Assembly (NCBI GenBank): GCA_963787035.1
Contig: CAWBBN010000009.1
Coordinates: 28,830-92,829, forward strand
Source of the DNA: Vicinamibacteria bacterium
GTDB lineage: Bacteria; Acidobacteriota; Vicinamibacteria; Vicinamibacterales; JAENWD01
Direction: 5' to 3'
Length of the DNA: 64,000 nucleotides
In this document: in pieces, positions 1-11,183 of the stretch
Numbering within the stretch: position 1 is the first letter of the stretch
Layout of the letters: every line of letters starts with the position of its first letter
The notes under the pieces: model-generated
Database searches by the model: none
What the model was told of the DNA's origin: nothing
What the model saw: the letters and a program-made list of their open reading frames with translations, nothing else
Program-made: the position numbers and the translations under genes

Positions 1-1547
1 CCGATCGAGAGCGACGCGATGCCAAGATGCTGGATGAACGGCGTGTAGTCGGAGCCCGATCCAAGGGCGCCGATCGCGATGCCCGGCCGATCGCGCGCCT
101 CCTTGCGGTCGTCCGCGGTGCGCGCCCGGGAGATCGCCAGCGCCCGCGCGCGCTCGCCGACGCTCACGCTGGTCTGCGGGTCGGTCACCGCCGACGCGAC
201 TTCGTTCACGAACCGTTCGAGCCCATGCGATCCGCCGACCCCGAGGAACCCGCGGCCGTTGCCGTCGGAGTTGATGTACGCGACCGCCTTCTGCTGCAGC
301 TCCGTGGCGTGCGTCTCGACCCACTCGGTCGATCCCAGCAGGCCCGGCTCCTCGCCGTCCCACGCGGCGTAGACGATCGTCCGGCGCGGCGTCCAGCCGC
401 TCTTCGCGAGCGCGCCGACGGCTTCCGCTTCAGCCAGCATCGCGACCAGGCCGCTCACCGGATCCTCGGCGCCGTTGACCCACGCGTCGTGGTGATTGCC
501 GCGGATGACCCACTCGTCGGGCCGTTCGCGGCCCTTCAGCGTCGCGATGACGTCGTAGATCGGCTTCTGCGAGAAGTCGAAATCCAGCTTCAGGTGCACC
601 GTGGCCGGCCCGACGCCGAGGTGATACGTAATCGGCAGCGCGCCGCGCCAGGCCGTCGGCGCCATCGGGCCGCCGAGCGCCTCGAGCAGCGGCCTCGCGT
701 CGCCATACGAGATCGGCAGCACCGGAATCTTCGTCAGCGTCGTCGCCGGATCCGTCAGCGCGAGGCGCTTGGCCTCGGGCGTCGCGCCGACGCCCGGAGT
801 CAGCGGGTCACCCGGATAGACGGGCATGTCGGCCACAGAGCCGCGCTGCGCGCCCCACTCGCCGCGGTACGCGCCCTTCGGATACGCCTCGCCCTCGAAG
901 TACCCGTCGTCGCGCGGATCCGAGTAGATGAGGCAACCGATCGCGCCGTGCTCGGCGGCGACCTTCGGCTTGATGCCGCGCCACGAGCCGCCATAGCGCG
1001 CGATGACGATCCGCCCCTTGACGTCGATGCCGTGCCGCGCGAGCTCTTCGTAGTCGTCCGGGACGCCGTAGTTGACGTAGACGAGCTGACCGGTGACGTC
1101 GCCCGCCGCCGAGTACGCGTTGTAGGTCGGCAGCTGCTCGGCGGTCTGCGACGACGTGGGGTCGTCGGCGAGCGGCGGCTCTGCCAGCTTCGCCGTGTAC
1201 TTCGTCGGCGCCGTCAGCTCGAGCACGCGAACGCGCGGCGTCGGAAAGAGGACGTCGAACCGTTCGATGCGTGTGTCGTAGCCCCACGACTTGAACAGGT
1301 CGGCCAGGTACTCCGCGTTGGCCTTGTCGTACGGCGAGCCGACGTGATGAGGCCGGGCGGCGAGGTGCTCGAGCCATCCCTTCACGTGTGCCGGCTGGAT
1401 GGCCGCGTCGAAGCGCGACTCGAGGTCGCGCTGGGCTGAACTTCCCTGGACGTCGAAGCCAAGCATCCGCTCCGGCGTCTCCGCGCGCCCGCCCACCTGC
1501 CCCGCGCACAGCATCACCGCCACCACGATCCACCACGCACGCCGCAT
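1..1547 (-). CDS. M28 family peptidase (glutamate carboxypeptidase II / transferrin-receptor-like, PA domain), runs off the left edge
   Basis: Manual translation from ATG 1547 (AGGAGG RBS upstream): signal peptide MRRAWWIVVAVMLCAG, then RPHHVGS, VYVNYG, GNHHDAW..GAEDP, WDGEEPGLLGSTEW, GSGSDYTPF. Absent from the ORF track because no stop lies inside the window. Confidence 0.92.
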   Translation of the reverse strand, partial: MRRAWWIVVAVMLCAGQVGGRAETPERMLGFDVQGSSAQRDLESRFDAAIQPAHVKGWLEHLAARPHHVGSPYDKANAEYLADLFKSWGYDTRIERFDVLFPTPRVRVLELTAPTKYTAKLAEPPLADDPTSSQTAEQLPTYNAYSAAGDVTGQLVYVNYGVPDDYEELARHGIDVKGRIVIARYGGSWRGIKPKVAAEHGAIGCLIYSDPRDDGYFEGEAYPKGAYRGEWGAQRGSVADMPVYPGDPLTPGVGATPEAKRLALTDPATTLTKIPVLPISYGDARPLLEALGGPMAPTAWRGALPITYHLGVGPATVHLKLDFDFSQKPIYDVIATLKGRERPDEWVIRGNHHDAWVNGAEDPVSGLVAMLAEAEAVGALAKSGWTPRRTIVYAAWDGEEPGLLGSTEWVETHATELQQKAVAYINSDGNGRGFLGVGGSHGLERFVNEVASAVTDPQTSVSVGERARALAISRARTADDRKEARDRPGIAIGALGSGSDYTPFIQHLGIASLSI

Positions 1548-1598
1548 TCGTCCTCCTGAGTCGCCCGATCAATGTCGCGAAGCTGACGTCACGTCGAT

Positions 1599-1622
1599 GC
1601 AGGGCTGAAGCCCTGCCCCACA
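1599..1622. repeat. REP-like palindrome GCAGGGC-TGAA-GCCCTGC-CCCACA
   Basis: Identical 24-mer at 23066; variants at 13980, 23090, 23123, 28736, 28766, 35092. Confidence 0.85.
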
Positions 1623-1773
1623 GATCGACGGAGCCCTGCCCACGTCGACAGCACCGTGGAAGCCCTTCCCACGCGTCGACAGCGTCGTGGAAGTATAAGC
1701 GGCGGGGTTGAGGCCTGCGCGAGGTTGGCACAGAATGACCCGGCATGCGCCAGACTGACCCGCTCACGGCCTG

Positions 1774-4180
1774 ATGCTGCCTGCCAGGGACGCATCGGCC
1801 GACAGCCGTCTGCCTGACGCGCTCGATGCGGGCGCCGCCGTCGCCTTCCTCGTCGTCGCCGCGCTGTCGTGGACGGCGCTGACGCTGGCCGAATTCGGCG
1901 CCTTCACGCGCCCGGTCTTCGGCGTCTGCGCGACCCTGGTCGCCGCAGGTCTTGTCGTCTGGCTGCGTCCGATAGTCGGCTGGATTCGACGGAAGCCGGA
2001 CCTCTGGTCCTGTGCGTGGCTTGCGGTGCTCTTGCTCGCGAGCGCGGCGATGCTGCGCCAACCGCCGGACCCGGCCGTCGGCGGGGCCGACGAGAACATC
2101 TACTTCCACCTCGGAGCGATCATCGACAGCCGCGGCGGGCTCCTCGTCACGGATCCTGTCCTCGCCGAGACGCCGCCGGCCGAGTGGCCTGCGCTGTTTT
2201 CGCGCGACAAATACTGGCCACGGCTGCTGAATCGATTCGAAGGCGGCCTGCAGGCGCGGGACGGCGATCCGCGGCTGCGCCCGAACTTCTTTCATCTCAC
2301 GCCGGCGTGGATCGCGGCGGTCACGGCAATCGCCGGCCCGCCGGCCGCCGTTTACGCCGTTCCGCTCGTCGCATGGCTCGTTCCCGTCGTCCTGTTCCTG
2401 CTGGCGCGGCGCCTGATCTCCGTGCCGGCTGGCATGGCCGCCTCGGCGCTTCTCGCGGTGAATCCAGGGCACGTGTGGGCCGGACGGCTGCCGCTGAGTG
2501 AAACGCTCGCGGCGTATCTGATCGTGAGCGGCCTGGCCTTCGCGGTGCTCTGGCTGTCCTCGAACGATCGCGCCGCTGGAGGCGTGGCCGGCATGGCGAT
2601 CGGGCTGGCCGCGCTGGATCGAATCGACGCGCTGCTCCTGGTCGTTCCGGTGGTCGTGGTCCTGCTGCTGGTCGAGTGGCGCCGCGCTGGAAGACGTCTC
2701 GCACCGGTGGCGGTGCCGCTTGCGCTGCTCACGGCGCAGTGCATCGCGCACGCGCTGACAGTCTCGAAGCCCTACACGCAGCGAATTTTCCGACATCTTG
2801 CTCCACGATCGGCACCTCGCCTCGATCGTGGGGGTGGCGATCGTCTGTGTGCTGATCGCTGCGGCGCTGGTTGTCGTGCGCAGAATCCAGTGGCGGCCAC
2901 CCGCCGCCTGGCTGGCGAACGCCGGCCCCGTCGTGGTGCTCGCCGTCACCGGATGGCTGGCGATCCGGCTGGGAGCGAGCGCGGGCACGAACCATTTGAC
3001 CGTTCTGCTGACGGCGCCCGGCCTGGTCCTCGCAGTCGCCGGACTCCTCGTGGCGTCCCGGTCGGCCGACCGCGCCATGTGGCTGGCGATCGCCGTCGTG
3101 GCCCTCTCGGCCGTAGTGTTCGTGGAGGCCCCCCGCGACGTCGCAGGCTTTCCGCGCGTGTTCCGCCGCGACGTTCCGGTGTTGCTGCCGCTGATGACCC
3201 TCTTCCAGGCGCGAGTACTGTTTCCCGGCTGGGCCGCGCGGCTGCATCGGCTGGCGGCCGGGGTGCTCCTTCTGGCTCTCGTTGGCGTCCAGGCCAATCG
3301 ATTGCAGACGATTTATCGCGGCGGCACGGAGTCCGCCGGCGGGCGCGAGGCCGTCGAATCCGTCGCCGCTCTGCTCCCCGTCGACGCGCTCGTGATCGCC
3401 GACAGCCGCGAGGCCAACCATCTGGATCTGGCGCTGGACGCGACCGGCGGCCGCTCGACGGTGGGGCCTCGACGCTCGGGCGACGCCGCGCCGGCCCTGC
3501 GGGCGCTTGCCGATCGCGCGCTTGCGGCCAATCACGCGGTCGCCTTCCTTACGACGGCAGTGGACCAACCCCTCCGCGTGGGCACGCTCGCGGGCTTGCA
3601 CTTCGTGCCGGCGGGCCGCGCGTCGTTTCGAGTCGCCCGCGAGGGCACGACCTGGCCGGCGCCCGCCGAGACGCGCCGTGTAGATCTTTCCATCTACCGG
3701 TTGTCGGCTCGCGCGCCGCTGCCCTGGCGACCGCAGCTGGGGGCGGACGATCTGGGCACGGTGCTCGAAGGGTGGCACGCGCCGGAAGTGCTCATGCGCG
3801 AGCGGGGGCGGTGGACGGGACCTGTCGCGCGCCTGCAGTTGCCTGCGTTCGAGTGCTCCGCTGGCGCCACGCCGTCGATCGGCGCCATCCGTTTCGCGTC
3901 GATCCGGCCGTCAACCGTGGCTCAACCACTGGTGACCGTATCAATTGAGCGACAGGAAGTGCTCCGGATGGCTCCACAGGACTCGGGCTTTCATGTATAT
4001 CTCTTTCGCCTGCCTGACAGATTGACACACGACCTTTGCGGCTCCCCGGCCACCGTGACCATTTCTGCGGATTCCTTTGTGCCGCGGCGGGACGCGGGCC
4101 TGCGCGACGAACGGGAGTTAGGCATCGCCGTGGCCTGGCTGGAGCTCGGACCGCTGCCTTCCACCGTGCCGCATGAGTGA
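1774..4180 (+). CDS. Polytopic membrane glycosyltransferase (GT-C / PMT-ArnT-like) with C-terminal extracytoplasmic domain; frame change near 2800
   Basis: ORF 1774 (TM helices, GADENIY acidic loop, LSETL) continues in ORF 2798..4180 (more TMs, EGWHAPE..RWTG domain). Confidence 0.7.
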
Positions 4181-5176
4181 GCTCTCCGTCTCGATCGTCG
4201 TGCCCGTGGCCAACGGCGGCACGACGTTCGCCGACTGCCTGGCCGCGCTGTCCCGCCTCGCCCCTCCGCCGCAAGAGCTCATCGTCGTCGACGACGGCTC
4301 GACGGATGGATCGGCAGAGCGCGCGAGCGCGGCTGGCGCGCATGTGATCCGCATGGCGCGGCGTGCCGGACCCGCGGCGGCACGCAATCGCGGGGCGGCG
4401 GCCGCAGCGGGCGACGCGATCCTGTTCGTGGACGCCGACGTCCTCGTCGCAGCCAGACACCGTCGCGCGCGTGCGGGACGTCATGACCGACGGCTCGCTG
4501 ACCGCGGTGATCGGTTCGTACGACAGCCGGCCGACGGCGCCCGGGCTCGTCTCGCAATACAAGAACCTGGTCCATCGCTTCGTGCATCAGACGTCTGGCC
4601 CGGACGCGTTCACGTTCTGGGGCGCCTGCGGCGCCATCCGTCGCGAGGCGTTCCTCTCCGTCGGCGGCTTCGACGAGCGCTACGTCGATCCGAGCATCGA
4701 GGACATCGAGCTTGGCTACCGCCTGTGCCGCGCGGGATATCGCATCCGTCTGGAGCGCACGTCTCGAGGTGACTCACGCCAAGCGGTGGACGCTGATGTC
4801 GTGGCTGCGCACCGACATCGTCGCGCGGGCCGTGCCGTGGACCGACCTGCTGCTTCGCGAGGGACGCCTGCACGACGGGCTGAACCTGCGAATGGCGACA
4901 CGGGTGTGTGTCGTGCTGGCGTGGACGGTGCTCGTGGCTGCCATCGCCAGCGTCGCCGTCGACGGCGCCTGGGCCGTGGCAGTTGTCGGCGCGATCCTGC
5001 TGACGCTCGCCGACCTGCGGCTCTGGCGATACTTCATCCGACTTCGTGGCGTGTGGTTCACGCTGCGCGCGGCGCCGCTGCACTGGCTCTACTACCTGTA
5101 TTCAGGCGCGGCGTTTGCGTTTGCGGCGATGCGGCACGTGGCGTCCGGCCGGGCGCGTCGCGTGGAACCCGCCTGA
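4173..5176 (+). CDS. Glycosyltransferase family 2 with C-terminal TM segments; frame changes near 4450 and 4770
   Basis: SIVVPVAN, IVVDDGSTDGS, GPAAARNRG, FVDAD, GGFDERY..IEDIELGYRL across three ORF pieces. Confidence 0.85.
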
Positions 5177-6596
5177 TGTCGGGGCTGCCCATCGCGGTCC
5201 TCGGCGCCGGACCCGCTGGCCTCACGGCCGCCTACGCGCTGACGAAGGCCGGCGTGCCGGTCACCGTCCTCGAAGCGGGGCCAGAGGTCGGCGGCATCGC
5301 GCGCACCGAGACGTACAAGGGATTCCGCTTCGACATCGGCGGCCACCGCTTCCTCACGAAGATCCCCGAAGTGCAGGCGCTCTGGGAAGAGTGGCTCGGC
5401 GACGACTTGCTGCGCGTTCGGCGCCTCTCGCGCATCAACTACCGCGGGCGCTTCTTCGACTACCCGTTGCGGCTGCCCAACGTGCTGGGTCACCTCGGCG
5501 TCGCCGAGAGCCTGCGCATCGGCCTCAGCTACCTGCGCGCCCAGATCGCGCCGATCGCGCCCGAGGAGAGCTTCGAGGACTGGGTCACCAATCGCTTCGG
5601 CGATCGTCTGTATCGCACGTTCTTCAAGGCGTATACGGAGAAGGTCTGGGGCGTGCCCTGCACGGTGATTCGCGCCGAATGGGCGGCGCAGCGGATCAAG
5701 GGGCTGTCGCTGACGCGAGCGCTGCGGCACACGCTGCACCGTCAGCGGCCACCGACCTCGCTCGCCGACGCGTTCTACTACCCGCGCCTCGGTCCAGGTC
5801 AGATGTGGGAGCGCGCGGCCGACCTGGTGAAAGCGGCCGGTGGCGAAGTCCGCATGAACACTGTCGTGGACAGCCTGCATCACGAGCACGGGCAGATCAC
5901 GTCGGTCACGCGTGGCGCAGCGGCGGCGACCGCGTGCGCGTTCCCGTCAGGGGCGTCGTCTCCAGCATCCCGCTGCCGTCGCTCGTCCAGCGGCTCGATC
6001 CGGCGCTGCCGTCGGCGGCGCTCGAGGCGGCCGGGCAACTCAAGTTCCGCGACTTCCTCATCGTCGTGCTGATCTTGAAGAAGCCCGAGGTCTTCCCCGA
6101 CCAGTGGATCTACGTGCACTCGCCCGAGGTGAAGGTCGGCCGGATTCAGAACTTCAAGAACTGGAGCCCGGCGCTCGTGCCCGATGCGTCGAAGACCAGT
6201 CTCGGGATGGAGTACTTCTGCGACGTCGGCGACTCGGTCTGGACGATGTCGGACGAGGCATTGGGGTCACTGGCCGCATCGGAGCTGGAACGGATTGGCC
6301 TGGCGCCGGCGTCGCTCGTCGAGGACACCTGCGTGATCCGACAGCGGCGCGCGTATCCCGTCTACGACGTCGACTACCGCGGCCACGTCGACGCGCTGCG
6401 CCGGGTGCTGGGTGGGTTCAGGAACCTCCAGACCATCGGCCGCAACGGCATGCATCGCTACAACAACCAGGACCATTCGATGCTGACTGGCCTGCTCGCG
6501 GCCGAAAACGTGCTCGGGGCCGACCACGATCTGTGGAACGTCAACACCGAGCGCTCGTACTACGAAGAGCAGCAGGTCGAGCGGCGGGTGAGCTGA
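5176..6596 (+). CDS. FAD-dependent oxidoreductase (UDP-galactopyranose-mutase/protoporphyrinogen-oxidase-like fold); frame change near 5915
   Basis: GAGPAGLTAA, VGGIART, FDIGGHRF, YTEKVWG, YPRLGPGQMW, GRNGMHRYNNQDHSM; start overlaps the upstream TGA. Confidence 0.85.
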
Positions 6597-6601
6597 CGGC
6601 G

Positions 6602-7755
6602 ATGCCGTCGGCGTTGAGAGTTGCGCTGGCCGGCTGCGGCCGTCTGGGCGCCGAGGTCTTCTCTCCCCTGCTCCGCGCGATTCCCGGCGTTGCGCTCGTC
6701 GCGGTGGCCGATGCCGATCCTGCGGTCCTCGCGAAACTCCGGACGCTCGACCCCGGGCTCGCGTGCTGTGATGACTGGCGGAGTCTCTTCGGTCTCGCCC
6801 GCTTCGACGCGGCGATCATCGCGCTGCCATCGGCGCCAGCACGCCGACGCCGCGGTCGAGTGCCTCGCGCGTGGGATCGGCGCCTACATCGAGAAGCCGA
6901 TGGCGACCACCATCGCGCGGCGGCGAGGCCATCGTCGAGGCGCAGCGGCGATCGGGCGCGACCGCGATGGTCGGGTTCAACTACCGTGCGAACCCCTTGT
7001 ACGAGGCGCTTCGGGCGCGGATTCAGCAGGCGCCCGGTCCAATCCGGCTGGTTCGCACCGTCTTCACCACGCCGCGTCATTACAGCGCCGGCTGGCGCCT
7101 CTCGCACGAGACCGGCGGCGGCGTCCTGTTCGATCTGGCGAGCCATCATTTCGACCTCGTGCGCTTCCTGACGGGCATGGAGATTCGTGACGCCGCGGCG
7201 ACGAGCGACGGCGGGCGCGACGGCGGCGAGCGCGTGTCGGCGTCGTTGACGCTCGAGTCTGGCGTGCCGGTGAACACGACGTTCGCAACCGGCGCGGTCG
7301 ATCAGGATGAGATCGACGTGATCGGCGACGGCTGGTCCCTGAGCGCGGACCGATACCGGTCGCTGGCGCCGGAGCATCGAGGGGCGGCAGTGCCGGGCCG
7401 CCTGTCTTCCGCGATGAGCACCCTCGCGTCTGTTCGTCACGCGCCGTACGTCCTTCGCAAGCTGCGCGAGCCGTGGCACGAGCCGTCGTTTCGCATCGCG
7501 CTCGGACGCTTCTTCGCTGCGGTGCGCGAGCGGCGGCGCGTGAGCCCCGGGCCCGAGGACGGCCTCGCGAGCCTGGCCGCTGTCCTCGCGGCGCGAGAGT
7601 CGATTGACACCGGACGACGCGTCGCGATTGCAACGACGCGACCCGCTCGACCTGACGGACCTGACGGACCCGACCGACCCGACCGACCTGATCGACCTGA
7701 TCGACCCGATCGACCCGATCGACCTGATCGACCCGAAGAGATCCTCCATCCATGA
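6602..7755 (+). CDS. Gfo/Idh/MocA family oxidoreductase with C-terminal (RPD)n tail; frame changes near 6835 and 6920
   Basis: LAGCGRLG, YIEKPMA, MVGFNYR, GGGVLFDLASHHFDL. Confidence 0.85.
7639..7737 (+). repeat. 9-bp tandem repeat (C/G)GACC(C/T)GAN, about 11 units
   Basis: Read directly; encodes RPA-RPD-GPD-GPD-(RPD)6-RPE in frame. Confidence 0.95.
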
Positions 7756-8735
7756 CTGACCCTTCCGCCTCGCGGCAGTCATCTCCGTCGCTCTCCGCCA
7801 TCGTGCTGGTGCCGGAGCGCGTCGCGACCGTGCGACGCAGCCTGGACGCCCTGGCCGCCCAGGACGTCCGCGATCGCGTCGAGCTCGTGTTCGTGTCGCC
7901 GGCCGGGACACTCGAGCTGCCGGAGTACATCGGTGAGTTCTGGGGCTGGCAGCACGTGCGCATTGCAAGGCTCGACTCGACGTCCGAGGCACGAGCGGCC
8001 GGCATCAGGCACGCGCGCGCGCCGGTCGTCGTGCTCACGGAGGATCATTCGTTCGCGACGCCGGGATGGGCCGCGGCGCTCATCGACGCGCACCACGATG
8101 ACTGGGCCGCGGTCGGACCGGCGATGCTCAACGCGAACCCGGCCACGGCGGTGAGCTGGTCGAACCTGGCGATCGAGTACGGGCCCTGGCTCCATCCCGC
8201 GCCGGGCGGCGCCGCGACGCACGTCGCGGGACACAACGCGTCCTACAAGCGCGCCGTGCTGATCGAATACGGCGACGCGCTCGGCTCGATGATGGAGGCC
8301 GAGAGCGTCCTGCACTGGGACCTGCGGCGCAGGGGTCACCGCGTCGCCGTCGCGCCAGCGGCGCGAATCCGCCACGAGAACTTCTCTCGCCTGCTGCCGG
8401 CGCTCGTGGTGAAGTTCAATCTCGGGCGGATGTTTGCCGGCAACCGCGCCATGGGCTGGCCGATCTGGAAGCGCGCGATCTACACGGCGGGCTCACCGGC
8501 GCTTCCGTTCATCCGTACCAGACGTGCGCTCGGCGACCTGCGGCGCGCCCGGTCGCCACGATCGATGCCGGTTCTCGCGGCGACGCTCTTCTCGCTGCTG
8601 GCGGCCAACGCGGCCGGAGAGCTCGTCGGATACGCGCTGGGCGCGGGGCGCGCGATGCAGCGGCTCACGCGTCACGAGTTCGACCGCAAGATTTTCCTGA
8701 CACCGCGCGACCAGGGGCTCATGTACCCGTCATGA
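7752..8735 (+). CDS. Glycosyltransferase family 2
   Basis: Intact 327 aa ORF: ARAAGIRHARAPVVVLTEDH, GHNASYKR; ATGA overlap with the upstream gene. Confidence 0.8.
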   Translation: MTDPSASRQSSPSLSAIVLVPERVATVRRSLDALAAQDVRDRVELVFVSPAGTLELPEYIGEFWGWQHVRIARLDSTSEARAAGIRHARAPVVVLTEDHSFATPGWAAALIDAHHDDWAAVGPAMLNANPATAVSWSNLAIEYGPWLHPAPGGAATHVAGHNASYKRAVLIEYGDALGSMMEAESVLHWDLRRRGHRVAVAPAARIRHENFSRLLPALVVKFNLGRMFAGNRAMGWPIWKRAIYTAGSPALPFIRTRRALGDLRRARSPRSMPVLAATLFSLLAANAAGELVGYALGAGRAMQRLTRHEFDRKIFLTPRDQGLMYPS

Positions 8736-10280
8736 CGGCGGCGACAGCTGCGATGAATGCTCGTGCGAGCTTTCATTGCGACCGCTTCGCCGGCCTTCCG
8801 ACGGCGGTGGTGTCGTGACGGTCCTCCGCGCGCGGCATGCGGCTCACCTCGCTGCTGGCGGGTGTTCGTCGTGGCAGCGGAAGCGATGGCGCTGCCCGTC
8901 GCCTTCGTGCTCGCCGCGTTTCTCACGCGAGAGCTCGGCCCGTCCGGCTACGGGCTCTTCGCGCTGGCCAGCGCCCTGGTGGCGTGGATCGAGTGGACGG
9001 TCGGATCGATGCTGTCGCGAGCGATCGTGCGCGAGGCCAGCGTGGCTGGACACGACACGCGCGTGGCCTCTGCCGCGCTTCAGCTCAACCTGCTCGTCGG
9101 CGGCGGCGCGGCGTCAATCCTCTGGCTCGGGGCGCCGTCGGTCGGCTGGCTGGTGGGCGAGCCCGCGCTCGTCTCGCCGCTGCGCCTTCTTTCGCTCGAT
9201 ATCCCGATTTTCGCCGCGACGATGGCGCACCGATCGCTGCTGATCGGGGCCGGCGAGTACCGCTCGCGCGCGGTGCTTCCCGTGGTGCGCTGGCTCGCGC
9301 GCCTCGCGCTCGTCGTGGCCTTCGTCGCGAGTGGATGGTCGCTGAACGGCGCCATCGCCGGCTGCCTGCTGGCGTCGCTTGGCGAGCTGATCGCGGCGCG
9401 GATCGCGATTCGTCCGCGGCTCTTCAACCGGCCGGGCGCCATGCTCGGCCGCCTGCTCGGCGACGCGCTGCCATTCCTCGCGCTCGGTCTCACGCTGCGG
9501 CTGTTCGACCGGATCGACCTGCTGATGTTCAAGGCGCTCGGCGGCTCGATCGCCGAGGCCGGCGTCTACGGCGCCGCGCAGAACGTCGCCATGAGCCTCA
9601 GCGTGATCTCGGTCGCGGTTCCTCCGCTGCTGCTCGCGACGCTCACGCGCCTGAACGCCTCAGGCGACCGGCGGGCCGCGGCCGCCATCGCGTCGGACGC
9701 GCTTCGCGTCGTGGCGTGGCTGCTGCCGCTGGCCGGGATCGCGTACGGCGCCGGTCCCCAGATCGCGACATGGCTCTTCGGGCCGGCCTTCGAGAGCGGC
9801 GGTTCGCTGCTCGGCCCGCTGATTGTCACGGCCATCGCGCAGATCGCAGTGGCGGTCGTCATCATGACGTTGAGCGCGGCCGGAACGCCGAATGCCTTTC
9901 TCGGCCCCGCCGTCGCAATGCTGGGATGCGCGGTGGCCGCCGGCGCGACGCTCATCCCGCGCTACGGCGCCGCCGGCGCCGCCGGTGGGACGTGCGCGGT
10001 GGCGCTGGTCGGCGCCGCCTGGGCGTTGCGGCTCGCCTGGAGCCGCGCGTCGGTCTCCCCTCCCCTGACGGCCGTCGTTCGCAGCGTCCTCGCCGCGGTC
10101 GCGGCCGCCGGGGTCTGCCGCATCGCCGCACCCGCGCTGCCGCTCGCCGTCTCGCTGGGAATGGGGGCGGCCGCCGCCGCGCTCGTGCTGCAGATCACCG
10201 GCGAGTTGCGCGTGTCCGATCTGCGGCGCCTGCCGATGTGGACGGGTGTGCCGGCGCCGCTCGGCGAGGTCGAGAGTTGA
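8732..10280 (+). CDS. Oligosaccharide flippase (Wzx/MOP superfamily); N-terminus frame-disturbed
   Basis: LTRELGPSGYGLFAL, RIDLLM..AGVYGAAQ, LIPRYGAAGAA and many TM helices. Confidence 0.85.
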
Positions 10281-11183
10281 GGGCCGTGCCCGTCGCGTCG
10301 GTGATCGTGCCGTCCTACAACCGGCCTGACACGCTCATGCGCTGCCTGGAGTCGCTCGCGCGCCAGTCGTTCCCGGCCGACCGCTTCGAGGTCATCGTGA
10401 TCGACGACGGGAGCCCGCAGCCGCTGAGCGCCCCGGCAACGCTGGCCCCTGGCGGCACCCCCGTCATTTTGGTCCGTCAGGCCAACACTGGGCCGGCGGG
10501 CGCCAGGAACCGCGGGCTGGCCGAGGCCAGCGGCGAGTTCGTGGCGTTCATCGACGACGACTGCCAGGCCGACGTGCGATGGCTCGAGACCCTGATCGCG
10601 GCGCTGCAGTCGCGGCCAGGCGCCGCGGTCGGCGGCACCGTCGTCAACGCGCTCGATCGAAACCCGTTCGCCGAAGCGAGCCAGATCCTGGTGTCGTTCG
10701 TGCGTGACTACTACAACAGGGAGACTGCGCGCACGCGGTTCTTCACCACGAACAATCTCGCGTTTCCCCGCGAGGCCCTCTCGGCCTCCGGGGGCTTCGC
10801 CGAGGAGTACGTCCGCGCGGCCGCCGAGGACCGCGAGTTGTGCGATCGGTGGCATGCGCAGGGACGGCCAATGCTGACCGCCTCGGATGCGCTGGTCCAT
10901 CACCGGCACGACCTGACGCTCGGCACGTTCGTCCGGCAGCACTACAACTACGGAGTGGGGGCGCGGCAGTTCCGCGCGGCGATCGCGGCGCGCAACGGCG
11001 ATCGCGTGCGCGTGGAGCCTCCGCGGTTCTACCTGGGACTGCTGATGGCGCCACTCCGCGCGGCACGGTGCTGCCGGGCTCGTGCACCTGGCGCTGATTG
11101 CCGTGGCGCAGGTGGCCAACGCGATCGGGTTCCTGCGCACGCCGCCGCTCACCGGACCGGCGATGACGAAGGCGCTCCAATGA
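10277..11183 (+). CDS. Glycosyltransferase family 2; frame change near 11070
   Basis: SVIVPSYNR, EVIVIDDGS, NTGPAGARNRG, FIDDD, GGF..AAEDRELC inside ORF 8837..11218. Confidence 0.87.

Noticed and set aside
1724-1745. TGGCAC as a sigma54 promoter for the glycosylation operon
   Set aside because: The required GC at -12 is missing (TGGCACAGAATGAC).
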